NCBI GenBank assembly: GCA_040954595.2
Contig: CM082581.2
Coordinates: 5,014,699 to 5,078,698 of the forward strand
Direction of reading: 5' to 3'
DNA: 64,000 nt
Origin: Balanoglossus misakiensis
Lineage: Eukaryota; Animalia; Hemichordata
The number at the start of each line of letters is the position of its first letter. Position 1 is the stretch's first letter. The notes under the pieces were generated by a model, which did no database searches, was not told where the DNA came from, and saw only the letters and a list, made by a program, of their open reading frames with translations. The position numbers and the translations under genes are program-made. This document shows positions 50,401-64,000 of the stretch, piece by piece.

Positions 50401-53400
50401 TCCCTGGTGACGCACATGCACTTTTGTTTTGAGGGGGGGGGGGGGGGTGTATGAGGATTTACGAACTGAATCCCTGCACAGCCAAGCCATGTGTTAGTTA
50501 CTTGAAAATGTTTCTATAGTTGTCAGGCACAATGCAAGTTCATGTTGACCCTTCAGCCTATGGACTTTGGGATTTAGAGATAATCTGCTGGCATTACGAT
50601 AATTTCATGTTACTTTTTGAAACATCTTCAGTTCTGTCGTTAATCACTGTCAAAAGGCCAAGCTTATCTGTCCTCAAGTCCAAGAATGCATTGTTGGGAC
50701 ATAAAAGACAAGAAAGTTCAGATGACCATGTGGGATTCAAAAGTATTTCCATGTGTGTTTTTCCCACCAACTCATCTCCTTCAACCCTTAAGAATTGGAA
50801 CCATGTTCTCCAAAATGCCATTTTGTATCTCTATGCAAAAAATGAATTGAAACTTAAAAATATCCTCATTCTTACAGCATGAGTCAACAAAATTGGTTAT
50901 TTTTTTGAACAAAGAGAATTACAAGCGTACAAGGTTTCTGCGTTTTCCAAACCCTTGCCTCGCTTCACTTCCAAAGTATTCCGATACCACTAAAGCCCTT
51001 TTCACAGCACACAGCTTTACAGCGCTGTATGAATCTCGCGGTTGCAATTATGCGCTGCAGTTCAACCAGAAAGCTTGCCAATAGACTGTATGTCAGTTTA
51101 TGGAGAACATAGCACTTAGTTTGGGGGGATCTATTGTACACCGTCAATACTTCTGCAACGAAATCTCTGTCATGGCATCTCCACTGTAGCCAAACTAATG
51201 GCCTCTTTGGCTTCTGTATCTGAAAGTAGTCGTGTTTGCATTCTCGCAAAATCTTCAGGTAGAGTAAGACTAGTACACACCTTGGAGACAGTTTATCAAA
51301 AAAATTAAAGTCCTCCAAATCTTTCAGTATTAAAATGTGTGTGGGGTCTTTGATATCAAAGAAGAAAACAAAGTGTTAAATTCACTATTTTTTCTCCATA
51401 GAGATAACACGGAGGTTGGCAGCCATTTTGAATTTCAAATTTCAGAAAATTGCTGTCTCATTCAAAATTTTGATGAAAAACTAAATAATAGAAATTACCT
51501 TGAGTAACTATGGAAATGCTCATTTTCAAGGCACATACTAACTCAACTAGTGACCTGACCTCTTTTTTGTGTCAAAACTGCAAGTGAGTGACGTGATGTT
51601 GTGAATTAGTTAAGGACACAGGTGTTGTCAACTGGTGTGAATTGCCCGAACTCCGACGATCGGTGTTTGTCAATAGACGCCCAGAGGACAACGTGTGTGG
51701 GCATCCACTGAAGTTTGTTTACTTTTTCAATAAAATGTTCCTGGGATCTATTCTGTGTGCGAGAGATTCCCCCAAAGATGCCTGCCTGTGTGACAACCAG
51801 GGTTATTGTTGTCCTTTTGTGATTCTGTTCGTACGTGTGACAGTGAAAGTAGCCGAGTTTAGGGTTGTTCGGGTGTACGTGCGCGAGACAACAACGTGAA
51901 ACGACACAATGGGATGTCGTGTTTGCTGCAGGCGTCTTCATCAACATGGTTGACAACTGTTTCAGCCGTGTTTTGACCCGTTTGCCGACACAGTGTAATT
52001 TGGTATTCATGAAACATTCGAGACCTACACATGCAGCATTATAACGTATCTTTAAATAAAAAATAATACTGACAATAAGTCAATGATAGTCATGTTTTTA
52101 CAGGTACAGAGTCCGTATTCAAATGAGCACAGTGCATTGATATGTTTCAAGGATGAAAAATGTTTCTTTTCAACACAGAGAATTGCTGCACTGGTACAGT
52201 TTTCAGGGTTGAAATCATGGTGCTTAAATTTTATATCTACTAAAACAGGACTGTCAAAATTCGAGAATTTCTAGTTTTCAAACTAAAAATCTGAGGGCAT
52301 AGTACTATTACATGTACTTCAGTGTAGAGTAGCTTTGATATACTGGTAGACTTCAAACCAAGTAACTGACAATATTGTATCATTAGCATAGCAGTGTGTA
52401 ACTCTGGTTAGCTATGGCTCTATTTCACTTCTCATCAATGGAGGCGCTCATCATTGGTGAAATTCATAGAAGATTAACATTTGTACAACGTCAAATTCAG
52501 AATAAAAGCTAATTTTGACTCTCCTTTTGTGTTTTGTTGTACAGGATGCAAGGAATGGAACTGGAAGAGGATCACTGCGTAGAGGGGGAAAGAATAAGGT
52601 GACAACGGGTCTTGCAAAAAGTCTCTCCAAAGAGGTACGATAGTAAAACCATTCTGAGTGGCTGTGATATCTAAGGATGTTTCTCAGTGAATGTGTAGTA
52701 CCGTCTTGTATGTTTGTTCTACATGAATTGTGAACGTTGGTGAAAAATTCATGTCCTCATTGTTTGTGGTAACAATGAGAGTTGTAATATTGATCAGTTG
52801 CTTGCATACTGACAGACCTGTTTGTGTGCAGTACTAGACGCCATTATCTGGAGACATATGACCTTGTCTTCAGAACATTCAAGAATTTCGGATTCTGGAA
52901 AAACTGTTTGTTGGAATGAGGTCTGAACCAGTGAGGAGATCACATATAGTCTTTCATATCCGTTTTGGAAAGATTGTCTGTAAATAAAAACAACGGAATG
53001 AAAGCTTGCCGTTTAGTTGTTGCTCTCACAGGACCTGGTTACTGGTGTCATCTTCAGTCTGCAGTCTAGGTTTGTTCAGTTTTCGGTCATTAAAGGTCTA
53101 TATTTGAATCAGGGGCCAAAAATTTATCGGTCCGGAAATGTAGTTGGATGATTGGAATTTCACTCCCCTTGTCTACTGTACATCTGGGTGGGAGATCAAC
53201 TCTGAAGGAAATAACATCCATGTGTCTGATGCTATAGATAGCAAAATACCCCAGTACGCCAGTGCTGTGACAAGAATGTTCATTCCTTTGATTTGAGTCA
53301 GTAGTTGCCAGTAGTTTGGATGTGATAGGATTGCTTTGCAGTATGGTCTAAACCCCTACAAAAATTCATAAATGTTCATTATCAGAGCAAAAGGGGTGTG

Positions 53401-56400
53401 AAGAAACATATTATCATAAAATATCAACAAATAATCAGTTTTAGGTTAAAATTATTGAAAGGGATGGGGAAATTTTAAGGTTGTAGCTGATTGGTCAGTG
53501 TCTGAGAAACATGTCCATCTTGCTGGGTAGCAGCCAATCATTGTAAAGCTTTGATACTTCCATTTGTGTCCACTGACCATTGCAGAAATACAGTAATCAA
53601 GTATGCCACATCAGCTCGTTGCCCCAAATAATCCTCACATTTGCATGTAGACATGATAGCAGTGTTGATGACGACTATAAAGCGATATAGCAAATCCTTT
53701 GGCGCCCATTTTACACCACAAGTCTATGAAATTCACATTTATCAAAATTCAATCAGAGCATACTTGTTTATTTGGTAGTCACAAAGATATGGGCACTCGT
53801 ATTGTGTTCATAAAAATCGAGGTAACAGAATAATTTTTTCAAGTTAAGGAGAAATTAATAGACACAGTTGTGAGACTGAATCCAGTAGTTTGACTTTGTG
53901 GACATTTTTGGACCATACTCATTGTCCTGAAAAGACCCATGGAGCCTTAAAGTGGCACTTGATGTGAATTTGTTTGTCAAATAAAAATTCATGACCCAGC
54001 AATAGGGCTCCTGGAAGTCAATATGACCTTTATCGTTTAAATGTTCGACATCTAAACTTAAAGTGAAGTTGGAGATAGTGTCTCTGACTTTTTACCTTTA
54101 GAGCAAGGCTCATGTGGCCATGACACTGAACTTGGCAATACCACGCCCATATACACAAACTAACAACATGTATTGTTAATGTGTATCCACTGTGACCAGG
54201 CGTAGTAATCAAATTAACGGAGACCTTGAATTTAATTTAATAAATGGCAGATTTTAGGTCAGATACCAGCATAGAAAAGGCTAGTTCTAAAAAGACATTG
54301 GATATGAACTTTAAAAGTTTCTTGGTCATTTGATGAGCACAGAGAGGTATACAGGGTGGCAGCTATTTATCTCCACTGATGTTCATGGTACCCGGAAAAC
54401 TTTATGCATGTGTATTAATTTATGTCGTTCGCAAAGAAACTTTTCCAATTCCTCTGATTGAGACAATTTCCAAAACTAAAAATTATCCCATCAGTAGTCT
54501 ATAGCAAATGTGATATTCGGGAAAATCCTCACAATTATATTTCAAAAGAACAAGACACCATCCTATGAAGGCTGGCTGCCATTCAGTCACCAACTGACAA
54601 AAGCAAATCAAATTGTAAAGGCTGCACACAGATGTGTTGCATAATACATCGTTTGTCATCAATAATTATTGAAGAATAAATTGTCATTTTTAATTAGCAA
54701 GTGTTGACAGTACAGAGAGTGTGGGTGAAAACATAATGTGCTGGTTGGAGATGCCCTGTGACATATTGGGTTCCATTAATCAATTTACTGTGCATTATTC
54801 TCCCCTAATTCACAACGCTGTTTACATTAAATGCTGAATAGTTTCAAACAATTACAGTTTTAATAACCATCAACTTTGAAAAACACTGGATTTTGATGTG
54901 ATGTGATATGGACTGTACATGACTTCTTATCTAACTGAATGACCACTTGAAAAACTGCCAAGTGTCAAATGAACATTCTTGTTTTATTTCAATGCTGGAG
55001 AAAAATACATAAAAAACACTACCTTCTTTGTGTGTATGCTGCTAAGTGTCCGTCAATATTTTCGAAACATTGGAAATTAACTTCAGGGCAGCACTAAAAA
55101 TTTGTCCTGCTATCAGAAAAAATAGATTATTTTGTGAAAGGATTTCGCCAGTTTGAACTGTGTCACTCAATAAAAGTTTTTAACACATTCGCTGCCTCTG
55201 GGCATTCCTTCCGTGACCTCAAGTGCACTGGATGTATTTTGTCGACCGGGTCTGATGAGACATAACATCTGCACAGTGGGGGTTGCCACCGTTGGTTCGC
55301 AATCCTTGAGGCAGTTCAAAGATCTCTCGTCTCTCTCGTCGTATTTCAACATGTGTACAGATGTGATGACAAATAATGTTGCACGGATTTACAGTCAGAG
55401 GCCGGGCAGATGTGTTTCCGCGATCTGCTGTATGTCGCAAACCCAGTTCACGAGAGACATTTCAGCTCAACTATTACAACCCTTGTATATAATCAACCCG
55501 TCTTAATCTGATCCAGACCTATTCAAACCTCACTTTTAATCATAATTCTCATCATCCATTCAACATCCGTTTTAATTTCATAACAACAGATGCAAGTCTA
55601 ATCATTGAACAAATCTGAGATACCTCGGAATGAAGAACTAGTTTCATTAAAAGCCAACCTATTTGTTCTGTAATCTTTTCCTCATGCAAATCCTGACATC
55701 ATATAATGAATGGAATGCATTCTTCTTGCTTAAGCCTCATACTTATCTTTCGTATCCATGAACTGCAATCAAACCAGATCCATCAAAACACGGCAAATTC
55801 AGAACTAATGACAAAGTGTGATCTGTTTTCAGTGGATAATCAGGCCACAAGTCTTCTTAAAGTTACAATGGCATATCGTGGAATTGTTTGAGTCCAATTA
55901 ATTAATTTCATATTACGGTAATATGAAAATACAAAACGGCGCAATGAAGAAACTTGTGACTGTTTGCTGGTGCTTTGGTGATGAAAATTGAATGCTGTTT
56001 ACCTATATGGTGTAAAAATGAAACAATGGAAAAATATATACCGGTAGTGCACATGGAAGCCAGAAAAAGTTACTGTCGTTCCACACTCACAGTCAGTTGA
56101 GGTTCCTGACGTGGCAGTTTAATACTGTTACGATACCTAACCTGTGCAAGCTGTTTACCCATTTCCAAACCTTTGCGTGTATAACAAACAGGCAAACAAC
56201 ATGCAGTCCCTGTATTCAAAAAATTGTGAAGACCGCGGTTGCAAAAAAATTCTAGTGTGCTAATTTGCATTCAGGATAGTAGCAGGGGAAATTCTGTTCT
56301 TCGTTTCTCAGCGAGGATTCCTTTGTTGGGCATTCCGTCCACTGTTAAAATTGCATACCATACTTATATGCATTCAACACCACTGCTTTTACATAGAGCT

Positions 56401-59400
56401 GCGTGGCTGTGCTGCACACTGCATGCATCAATGCCCTCTCGACAATCGCAGGCATGTTTTTGAAACAGCCAAGAGTACTATCGCCAGAGCAAACTCATTG
56501 TTTAATATGTCAAAACCATAATATTTCTCTGTATAGTTTTTGTTTTCTCAGGATTCAGTCAAAGCGTACTTTTATAGTTTTTTTGTGAAGTGTTAAAAGC
56601 TGTGAAGAACACGCCCCAAGTACATTTATGGGTGAAGTCCAGAAGTTGCACAGCCATGACAGAGTTCACAGTTCAGCTACGAATCTTGACAGTCTGATTG
56701 TGATGTCCAGTCGATACAATAAGTTTCTCGGTTATAATCTTGACTGGAGAGATTTCTTTGTCCTTGAAGTTGTACTTTGTTTCGTGTTGTTGAGTGGACC
56801 CTCTTGACTTTCCTTTGTACTTTTACAAAATAAATAGCTGAGTATATTTAAAAAGTGTTGTGTTTACCCATGAATAAATAATAGTGTTTACCCATGAATA
56901 AATAATGAAAGCCCTGAGTTGTTCAAACGTGACGCCCCTGTCCATCGAGCCAAGGTTTTTGAACACTTTGTACATATTCCAAAATTGGATTGTGTGTCTC
57001 ATGAAAAATTGGAGAACTTGTCAATTTGCAATATTATTTTTCTATTTACCTGGTCTTTAAAATTATTTATGAGTGGAAGTGTCCAAATAAAATCTCTAAA
57101 GCAAGTCAAGTACAAAAAATAACGGGAAAATTATTTTTGTTGTCCGACTGGTCAGATTGTCAAGGGGCAAGGTCTACGTACTAGCAATAGGGGCGTGATT
57201 CGTGCCATGTGGTCAATTTGGGCTGTTTGGCCAATTAGTGTCTTCTGTAAAGCAATTAAGTGACAATTTCAGAGACTACTGCTACCCATTAGGTTGCTTT
57301 GTTATTCATGAGCACAGCCTGGCTGATATCCCTGAGTGTTCCTTTGAAGGATTTAACGACCTCGTTAACTTTCTGTGAAGTTTTTGAAAGAGTTTTCAGT
57401 GGCGTGTAAAAAACCCTGGTGAAATTTTTGTGAATATTGTGAAAGTTTGTGTTGGTTCTGGATTTCTGTCATCATTGGAGAAGACTGACCAGTGTCAAAG
57501 ATGGCAAGGTGTCCATCTTTTTTTAGTCAACTTTGAAATACACTGGCCAAGACTCTGGCTGAATTTCAAGCCCTATCAAGCAGACAAAATAATGTCTGTC
57601 AAATAAAATGGACAAAACAGGCACTCCGGTGTTGCCCCATTCTGAAGGGACAGATGACATTTGTCATGCAGAAATTGGATTTTAATAGGATTAAGTGGGT
57701 CACCTTTATTTGGTGGATGAATTTTGTCACCAAGGGTCAGTTCCTGTCAGGCTCGTCACAAACACCACTACAAGTCAAGTTGGTGGACGTCTCGCGTTGG
57801 CATGGCAACTATTGTACAAGCAGAGAGCAGGCTTCTTGTCTTGAAGTGGTCAGCTAGATTCCATCAACATGTCTGCCTGTCAAAACTTTCTAAGTAAAAA
57901 TTTCAATAGAAACGTTTCCCTGTACCCTACAATGTGTCCTAGTCTGTATCACATCACTGATGGAAAATAAAGAACATTTTCAAACTTGAAGACTGTTCCA
58001 GATGATAAATGGCACCTTTATTGAAAGATTGTCACCCAAAACAGGTATATAGCCAAGTACTTTCTGATTTATCGACTCAGACCGTGCTATTTCTGCCATG
58101 TTGTATGTCAAGCAGACATGCGCTTTGTTCAAGTTCTTGATCCAAACAAGACGGCTGTGTCCGTGTAAAATGTACTTGCCCTGTAGCTAAGTGGTTTTAA
58201 GGTTTGGTAGCCCTTTATTATATGATAATGCCCTTTGCTGTGGGCATGTATGTCAAGTGATGCTTCACTAATAGTACCACTTGACTGCTAGAACAGGATT
58301 TGACTGTGCACGGTTCTGCTATACATCTGATTCTTGCTTCAAGGCGTAATCCCCTTAGCTTCTAGCGGAAGATTAAATCTGCGGTTTTGTTGAAGTTTGT
58401 GGTATACAACAGAGGGGGCTGGGAAGTACTATGTCATAGCCGTAGTTTGTGTTCTGGGCATGTTAGTGGGAGGAACAGATTAATATGACTTGTGAACCCT
58501 GGGAACATGTCCTGATTTAGTTCTTTGTAATTAAAAGAAAATTGCTCTACTGGTGTATTGAGCCAGATTCGGACATTTACAAGTGAACGTATTATTGATC
58601 AGCTCATCATGTTGCATTTTGGAATTATTGGCTTGACTAATCATGAGAAAATTACTAGTACCCGAATCTCAATGATTTGTGCGATGAGATTTGATTGAAG
58701 ATGACTAAATATCAATCATGTTGAGTGCCTGGTTAGAAAATATGACGAAGTGGTATGAATGAAAATGTACTTCATTGTGTTGGAAGTGTTTGTGGTGTGA
58801 TTTGCTTGCAATCTGTGAACAGCCTAACTGGATTTTGTCAGAAACCTACAGAACATTAGATTATGACAAGACCAATTCAATTGCGATGAAAACAAGTAAT
58901 ACACTTCTGCTGTTTTCAGTCACTTAATCTTTTTGTCATCCTGATTACTCCGATTGAGAGAAGGTACAATGGATAGTGTTCTCAATCATTTTTCAAACAA
59001 TTATTTCAGCAACTCGGTTGAATTGGACTGTGTACAAGACATGAATAAGAAACATTGTACCACTACATGTGTTCTGTGGCTGCCTGGACATCACATCAAA
59101 TCAATGCAATATAAACATCTTACACTGCCACAAAAATAATCTTTTTTCTATTATCTACAATAATCACCACTTGACTAATTAGAATGTTTTGTCTCTTCTT
59201 TTGCAGTCCCTGGCAACATCCGATGGAGGTAAATATAGTTTGTATCTTTGGCATTCTGCCATTTGCACACGATAACCTACTTGTTATCAGTGAGGATGAA
59301 CTGAAACTTTTCCTATTCAAGCTATTAAGTTATTTGTACAGAAGTACACACTGGGATATAGTGAATCATCAGTTATCAAAGCTCTATAGTGTCACTCTAC

Positions 59401-62088
59401 ATGTACATTTTTATTACACTGCAAAAATCATTAAATCTTTTACAAAGAACTCTGATAATAATATAAAAATGTAGGAAAAACACTTCAAGGGAAATTTTTG
59501 CAATTGGCTTCAAGAGAAAACAACACTGGGTCTGGTTTAATTTTATTTCAGATCTTCACCTTCAGATGGTACCTGTCAGCAGGAGTAGTAGTTTACGAAG
59601 TGTGGACAGCACCAAAGATTTACAGAAAGAAGACGTGGGACGGGTGGCCAGCTGGGCTGTCAGCTTTGAAAGATTACTCAATGATCCAATGGGATTGTTG
59701 TATTTTACTGTAAGTTTGTTGGTCTGTCTGTCTGAATCATTCTGTTGATATGCACTTGTTTCCAGCAAGCTATATAGCCATCCATCCATTCCTTCAAATA
59801 TCTGTGTCTAGTTGTCTGTACAGTGTAGTTCACTGTGGCTGTTTTGTGTTATCCAAACCCACTTGGTAGCTGTCAACTGAATAAGGATTTCCTTCTTTCA
59901 TTTTGTAGTCTTTCTCGCCCCCTTTAGAAACAAGTTGGTTTAGATCATGAGTGGGCCATTGCCATGGCAATAGGTCAGACACAGTCCCTAAACTAAGCTT
60001 AGTGTTTCACATCAGGGTGTAAATTTATGACAGTTATGAACTGTACCGAGCAAGTAGGCAGATGCCAGTTTATGGCGTCAATAACATTTACCACCACTGG
60101 CAAGAATTCAGTAGAACGGCACAGGGTCTGTACAAATATCTTGGAATTCTGACTGAGAAGGTACTACCATAAACAAGGGCATGTCTGTTAACATCAAACC
60201 AGATCTGGGTTGACAGTATGAGCGGAGAGAATAGATCTGTGCAATAACCATGCAGTTTGAGAGTGAAGGGAATTTTCGTCGTCGTTCCCAAGATTACAGT
60301 CTTCATCTCCCCTCCCTACACTGAAGAGTGAAATTGAATTTCAGTGTGATGGCTTTTGTCCCCTCTCTCTGATGTCACACAAAGATAAGCAGATTGCCAT
60401 CCACATCACAATTAACGCACTCACTGAGATGACAATGTGGGTATGTGTGTGTTGTGTGGACCCTGTAAGATTTCATTGTGGAATGAAAGGAGGGCTCAAC
60501 AAATTTGATCCGGCCGTTCTTTTGTCCGTATTCCGCAACTCACTTCATCTTGGATGAACAGTCGGAATGCCGGTACAATAGAGACGTGGGCCAGGGGGAA
60601 ATTTCACCCGACTTTGTTTTCTGCGCATTGAGATGTCGGACATTGGAAGTCTTGACTTCTGCTCGCAGCCAATACAATGTCGGGTGAAGTTTTTGAGACG
60701 TCGTGCTCTGTTGTGGCGTGTCAGTGATTGGGTTTGTGCAGTTCACAGGCATGCCATTGTTCCCTGACTCAAAAATTGAGTTGCAGCCACATCGATTTGG
60801 CCCAGTTTTGCTGCCACTAAGGTTGTTTTGATATCTATTGATATTTTAGGCATGTTTCTGATATATTTGAAAGCAAACACCACAAATTTTCAGTGAGATA
60901 CAACGGAACACTACTGCTAGAGTTACACACAGACCAGACGACCTTTTGATTATAGACAGACTCCGAAAACGAGATGTAAATGTCTAAACTAATGAAATCT
61001 TGTACCTCATAAATCAACATGTTTCAACAGTCTCTTATTTCGCGAGCAAAATTTTCACCCGAAATCATTTTGACAAGAATATTAAATCTTGCAGGCTGGT
61101 TTTCATCAGGGGGAAAAAATGACATTTCTTTATTAAAACCCAGACTAAAAAAATAGATTCAGGTCACTGTGGAAATCGTGTGAACATGATTATCTTTGAT
61201 CTCTCAAGTGAGCATATACTCTATTATCAGTCATTGGTGTATGATATGTACAGTTATGAAATTCTCCCAAGCAATGGAGTATGTATGATTTACAAGTTCT
61301 TGTCTGACTTTTTTTTGACCTCGGCAGGAATTTCTCAAGAAGGAGTTCAGTGAAGAGAATATTGCATTTTGGATCGCCTGTGAGAATTTCAAGAAGATAA
61401 AAGACCCAGTGGAGGTAAGGGAGACAGCATAGAACTAAGGGGTTATCATCTCAATGGGAGAAAAGTTACCATGTGTTTACCTTACTTATTCCATCAAAGT
61501 AACACCACCACCACCACACGCACACACACCTTCAACAGTACATCTGGGAAAACTCATTGAGGTCTTTAAGAATAAAAGGAAAGACATGGGACATTATTAT
61601 ACCTGATAATGCAAATAGAAACTGAGTTTTCTGTCCACACCGTTTCCTTCTTGAGAGGTGCATGTTTTACGTGGAAAACAATGAATTTTGGCCCAAACCA
61701 TTGTAGCAAAAGGGTTAATATTTGAGTCAGTCCGCATCAGAGTAAGAAGTCATCTTTCAACTGAATCAACATCAACAATTTCTGAAGTAGCATGCAGTGC
61801 CCTTGATTGATTTATGTGTACAGTTTTTGAGTAAAACCCTATTTGTGTGGATTGGCGGTCATTGTGTTTTACAGATCATTTCCCATTGCGGACTTCTCAG
61901 TAATATTATGAAAATATCTTGTCTTGTCTTGTGTTGAACAGAGGCAGAGAACAGCAAGGGACATGTACAACAAACACCTTGGCAAGAAAGCTGGGATGCC
62001 GGTGAACCTTGACAGCCATGCCAAACAGGAAGTGGAGATCCGCCTGGAAAACCCAACTCCGGATATGTTTGATTTTCAACAGAAACAG
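38418..62088 (+). CDS. RGS12: Regulator of G-protein signaling 12 / loco-like (PDZ-PTB-RGS; 3' part beyond window)
   Basis: Exons 38418-40580 ([23 protein letters not shown]..., poly[13 protein letters not shown]...[12 protein letters not shown]...[21 protein letters not shown]), 52545-52634, 59207-59228, 59552-59709 ([18 protein letters not shown]), 61328-61414 ([19 protein letters not shown]) and 61942-62088 (PVNLDS...[10 protein letters not shown]). Phases are consistent. The RGS C-terminus, RBDs and GoLoco are not in the window. Confidence 0.92.
39150..39224 (+). repeat. CAG/CAA polyglutamine tract in RGS12 first coding exon
   Basis: Encodes [25 protein letters not shown]. Confidence 0.9.
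56860..56906. repeat. Short tandem duplication, 2 x ~24 bp
   Basis: GTGTTTACCCATGAATAAATAAT repeated head-to-tail in an RGS12 intron. Confidence 0.85.
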
Positions 62089-64000
62089 GTAAAGTATGAT
62101 GTCATGCCTTCGTTGTCATGTCTTCTGCAGTTTAATATTTTATACTGTTGATTTTATGTGAGAAGTGGAAGTAAGAAAATCAATATTTTTTTAGCATAAT
62201 CAGAGATTTTGTTGTGGTACGTGTACCAGAGTATGTCTGTGTTAATTATGTGTCTTTGGTTGGTTCTTAATGTGTATGTCTGTCAGTACGTCTGGCTTTA
62301 AATTTTGCTAGCATAATATTTAAAAGTGCCTAAAAGTTCCCCCTCCCCATGTTCAGATGAACCTGGATCATATGAAATGTTGATTTCCATTGCACAAATT
62401 TCGAAGTTTGGAAACTCAAACTAATACCTACACCCAGTACTAACATATTTTACCAACTTAATCTCTTTCAGACTTGCTAATATGATATTCCCTTGCACCA
62501 AACAGCTTTATTGAATTTTCTTTCATCTTAATGTCTCATTATGTATCTCTGTTAAGATTAAATCTTAGTCAACATTAAACAGTACACTAATATTTGTGTA
62601 AAATCATAAGCAAGTATGTATGTTCTGATTCATTTTTAAATTTTTGATCTTTCTTTCTGATCAGTTGAAAATAAACATGGTGTCAAGCAGATATACTAAT
62701 ACACCATTTGCACTCTATTCTTTCACACTTTCTTATTTGCTTTCTCTTGATTCTGTCATTTTCATTTTCTTCCATTGTACCAATTGCCATGGAAACAAGG
62801 GTTTCATGAGCAAAGTAAGTGTCACTTATTAAAGTTGACATCCTTACTTTTTCAACAAAATGTAAGCGGTCATCGTAAGTGGTGGAGGTACTAAAATAGG
62901 TGTACACTGTAACACTGCACCGAACACGTTCTGTCCCACATTTGCAGTACACCCTCCACACTGCATGACAGATGATAATTTTAATATGGATGCACGGAAC
63001 ATAACACATTCTGCATGTACACATAACATGGTGTAATAGTATGTGAAGGTTGTGGTCCAATATGTTCCCTATGTTTAACATAGGATATAAAAATATTAAT
63101 TTTTCATAACTGAATTAATGAGATTCACAAAATGTCTGATAAGTTTCAAAGTGCCCTTTGCTAGCAACCTCAATTAAAGACAAGTGTTTTTAAATAGTCG
63201 TTTGTACCGTAATTGTCTCATTTTCCTTAAAATTTAAGAGCCAGCTACAGAGTGCACGCTTTTACATTAAAAAATGAGTTGCATTGAAGTAATTAGAAAT
63301 AACTGGTACCCTTCAATCTTGTGAATTTCATTGATGTGCAAATCTACCATCAGAGATTAGACTGTACAAAATAACCAGTCACATTCCCCACCTCTGAATA
63401 ATAACAGTAAAACACCCCCCAGTATAAAATCACACAGGCCTCCCCCCCCCCCCTCCATCCAGCACATGACAGTAATCAACTGTCACCAATACTAATGTTG
63501 TATTCAGTACAATTCACCCTATCAAGAATTTTTGACTAACAAGTACAATAATCGTTAGTTTCAATCTTCAATTCGCTTTGTGTCGAATATTGTCATCCAG
63601 GGAGAAATATTTGATTGGCACTGTCATATTAGTGCCATCATCAATCACTAAACAAACAGTTTTGTTGATGAAATAACATGTCGAACAAATCTTAGAATTG
63701 TATACGTAAATGAGTAATTTTGATACAAGTGGTAGCTTTGAACATCAAAGCGGATATTGGTATTCGATTGTCATGGGTCCATTTATGAACTTCGATCTCA
63801 ATGTATAGAAAAGTGACTGCCTTTATATTGATTCATATTTCACCTTAATTACGGTGTTGATATCTCTGCACACATTTCTTACTGTCCTCTCCCCACTTCA
63901 GTTTAAACCACTCACAATTACGTTAAGAGAACTTCCCTTTTCTGTTAACCCTCTCTTTCATATGGCACAGAGTGGTGTAGTAAGATCTACTCTGAAAGTT

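Noticed and set aside
60633-60690. Alternative first exon [17 protein letters not shown] splicing to 61328
   Set aside because: The donor is weak (GTGAAG) and the isoform would truncate the RGS domain. There is no independent support.
52-63081. Most 60-160 aa ORFs in the supplied track
   Set aside because: They are antisense or off-frame shadows of real exons, or random intronic/intergenic ORFs with no motif, splice-phase or composition support.
1-64000. Prokaryotic systems (CRISPR arrays, operons, defence islands), rRNA or tRNA genes
   Set aside because: The sequence is intron-containing eukaryotic DNA. No repeat-spacer array or recognisable structural RNA was seen.

Overview
Eukaryotic (metazoan) genomic DNA, AT-rich, with spliceosomal GT-AG introns. 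It is most consistent with an invertebrate deuterostome such as a hemichordate (inference from gene content only). Manual splicing gives seven multi-exon genes, several largely invisible in the ORF track. (1) Minus strand, 5 exons: IFI44-like P-loop NTPase with an unusual N-terminal ubiquitin-like/coilin-N-like domain (594-3151). (2) Minus strand, 9 exons: GH65 PGGHG/ATHL1-like glucosidase with signal peptide, furin site and GPI-like tail (3672-9830). (3-5) Three tandem, same-strand, 3-exon NKL-class homeobox genes, most like Vent/Ventx (14885-30370). Their intergenic DNA carries nine copies of the palindrome TGGCGCCA, a Smad1/5-type BMP-response core. (6) CACUL1 (32017-35207). (7) The 5' part of RGS12/loco (PDZ-PTB-RGS; from 38418, running off the window), including a 22-nt microexon. 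Also present: a 73-bp hairpin MITE with a 9-bp target-site duplication and several small duplications. All gene models and family calls were made by eye and from recalled family sequences, not from database searches.
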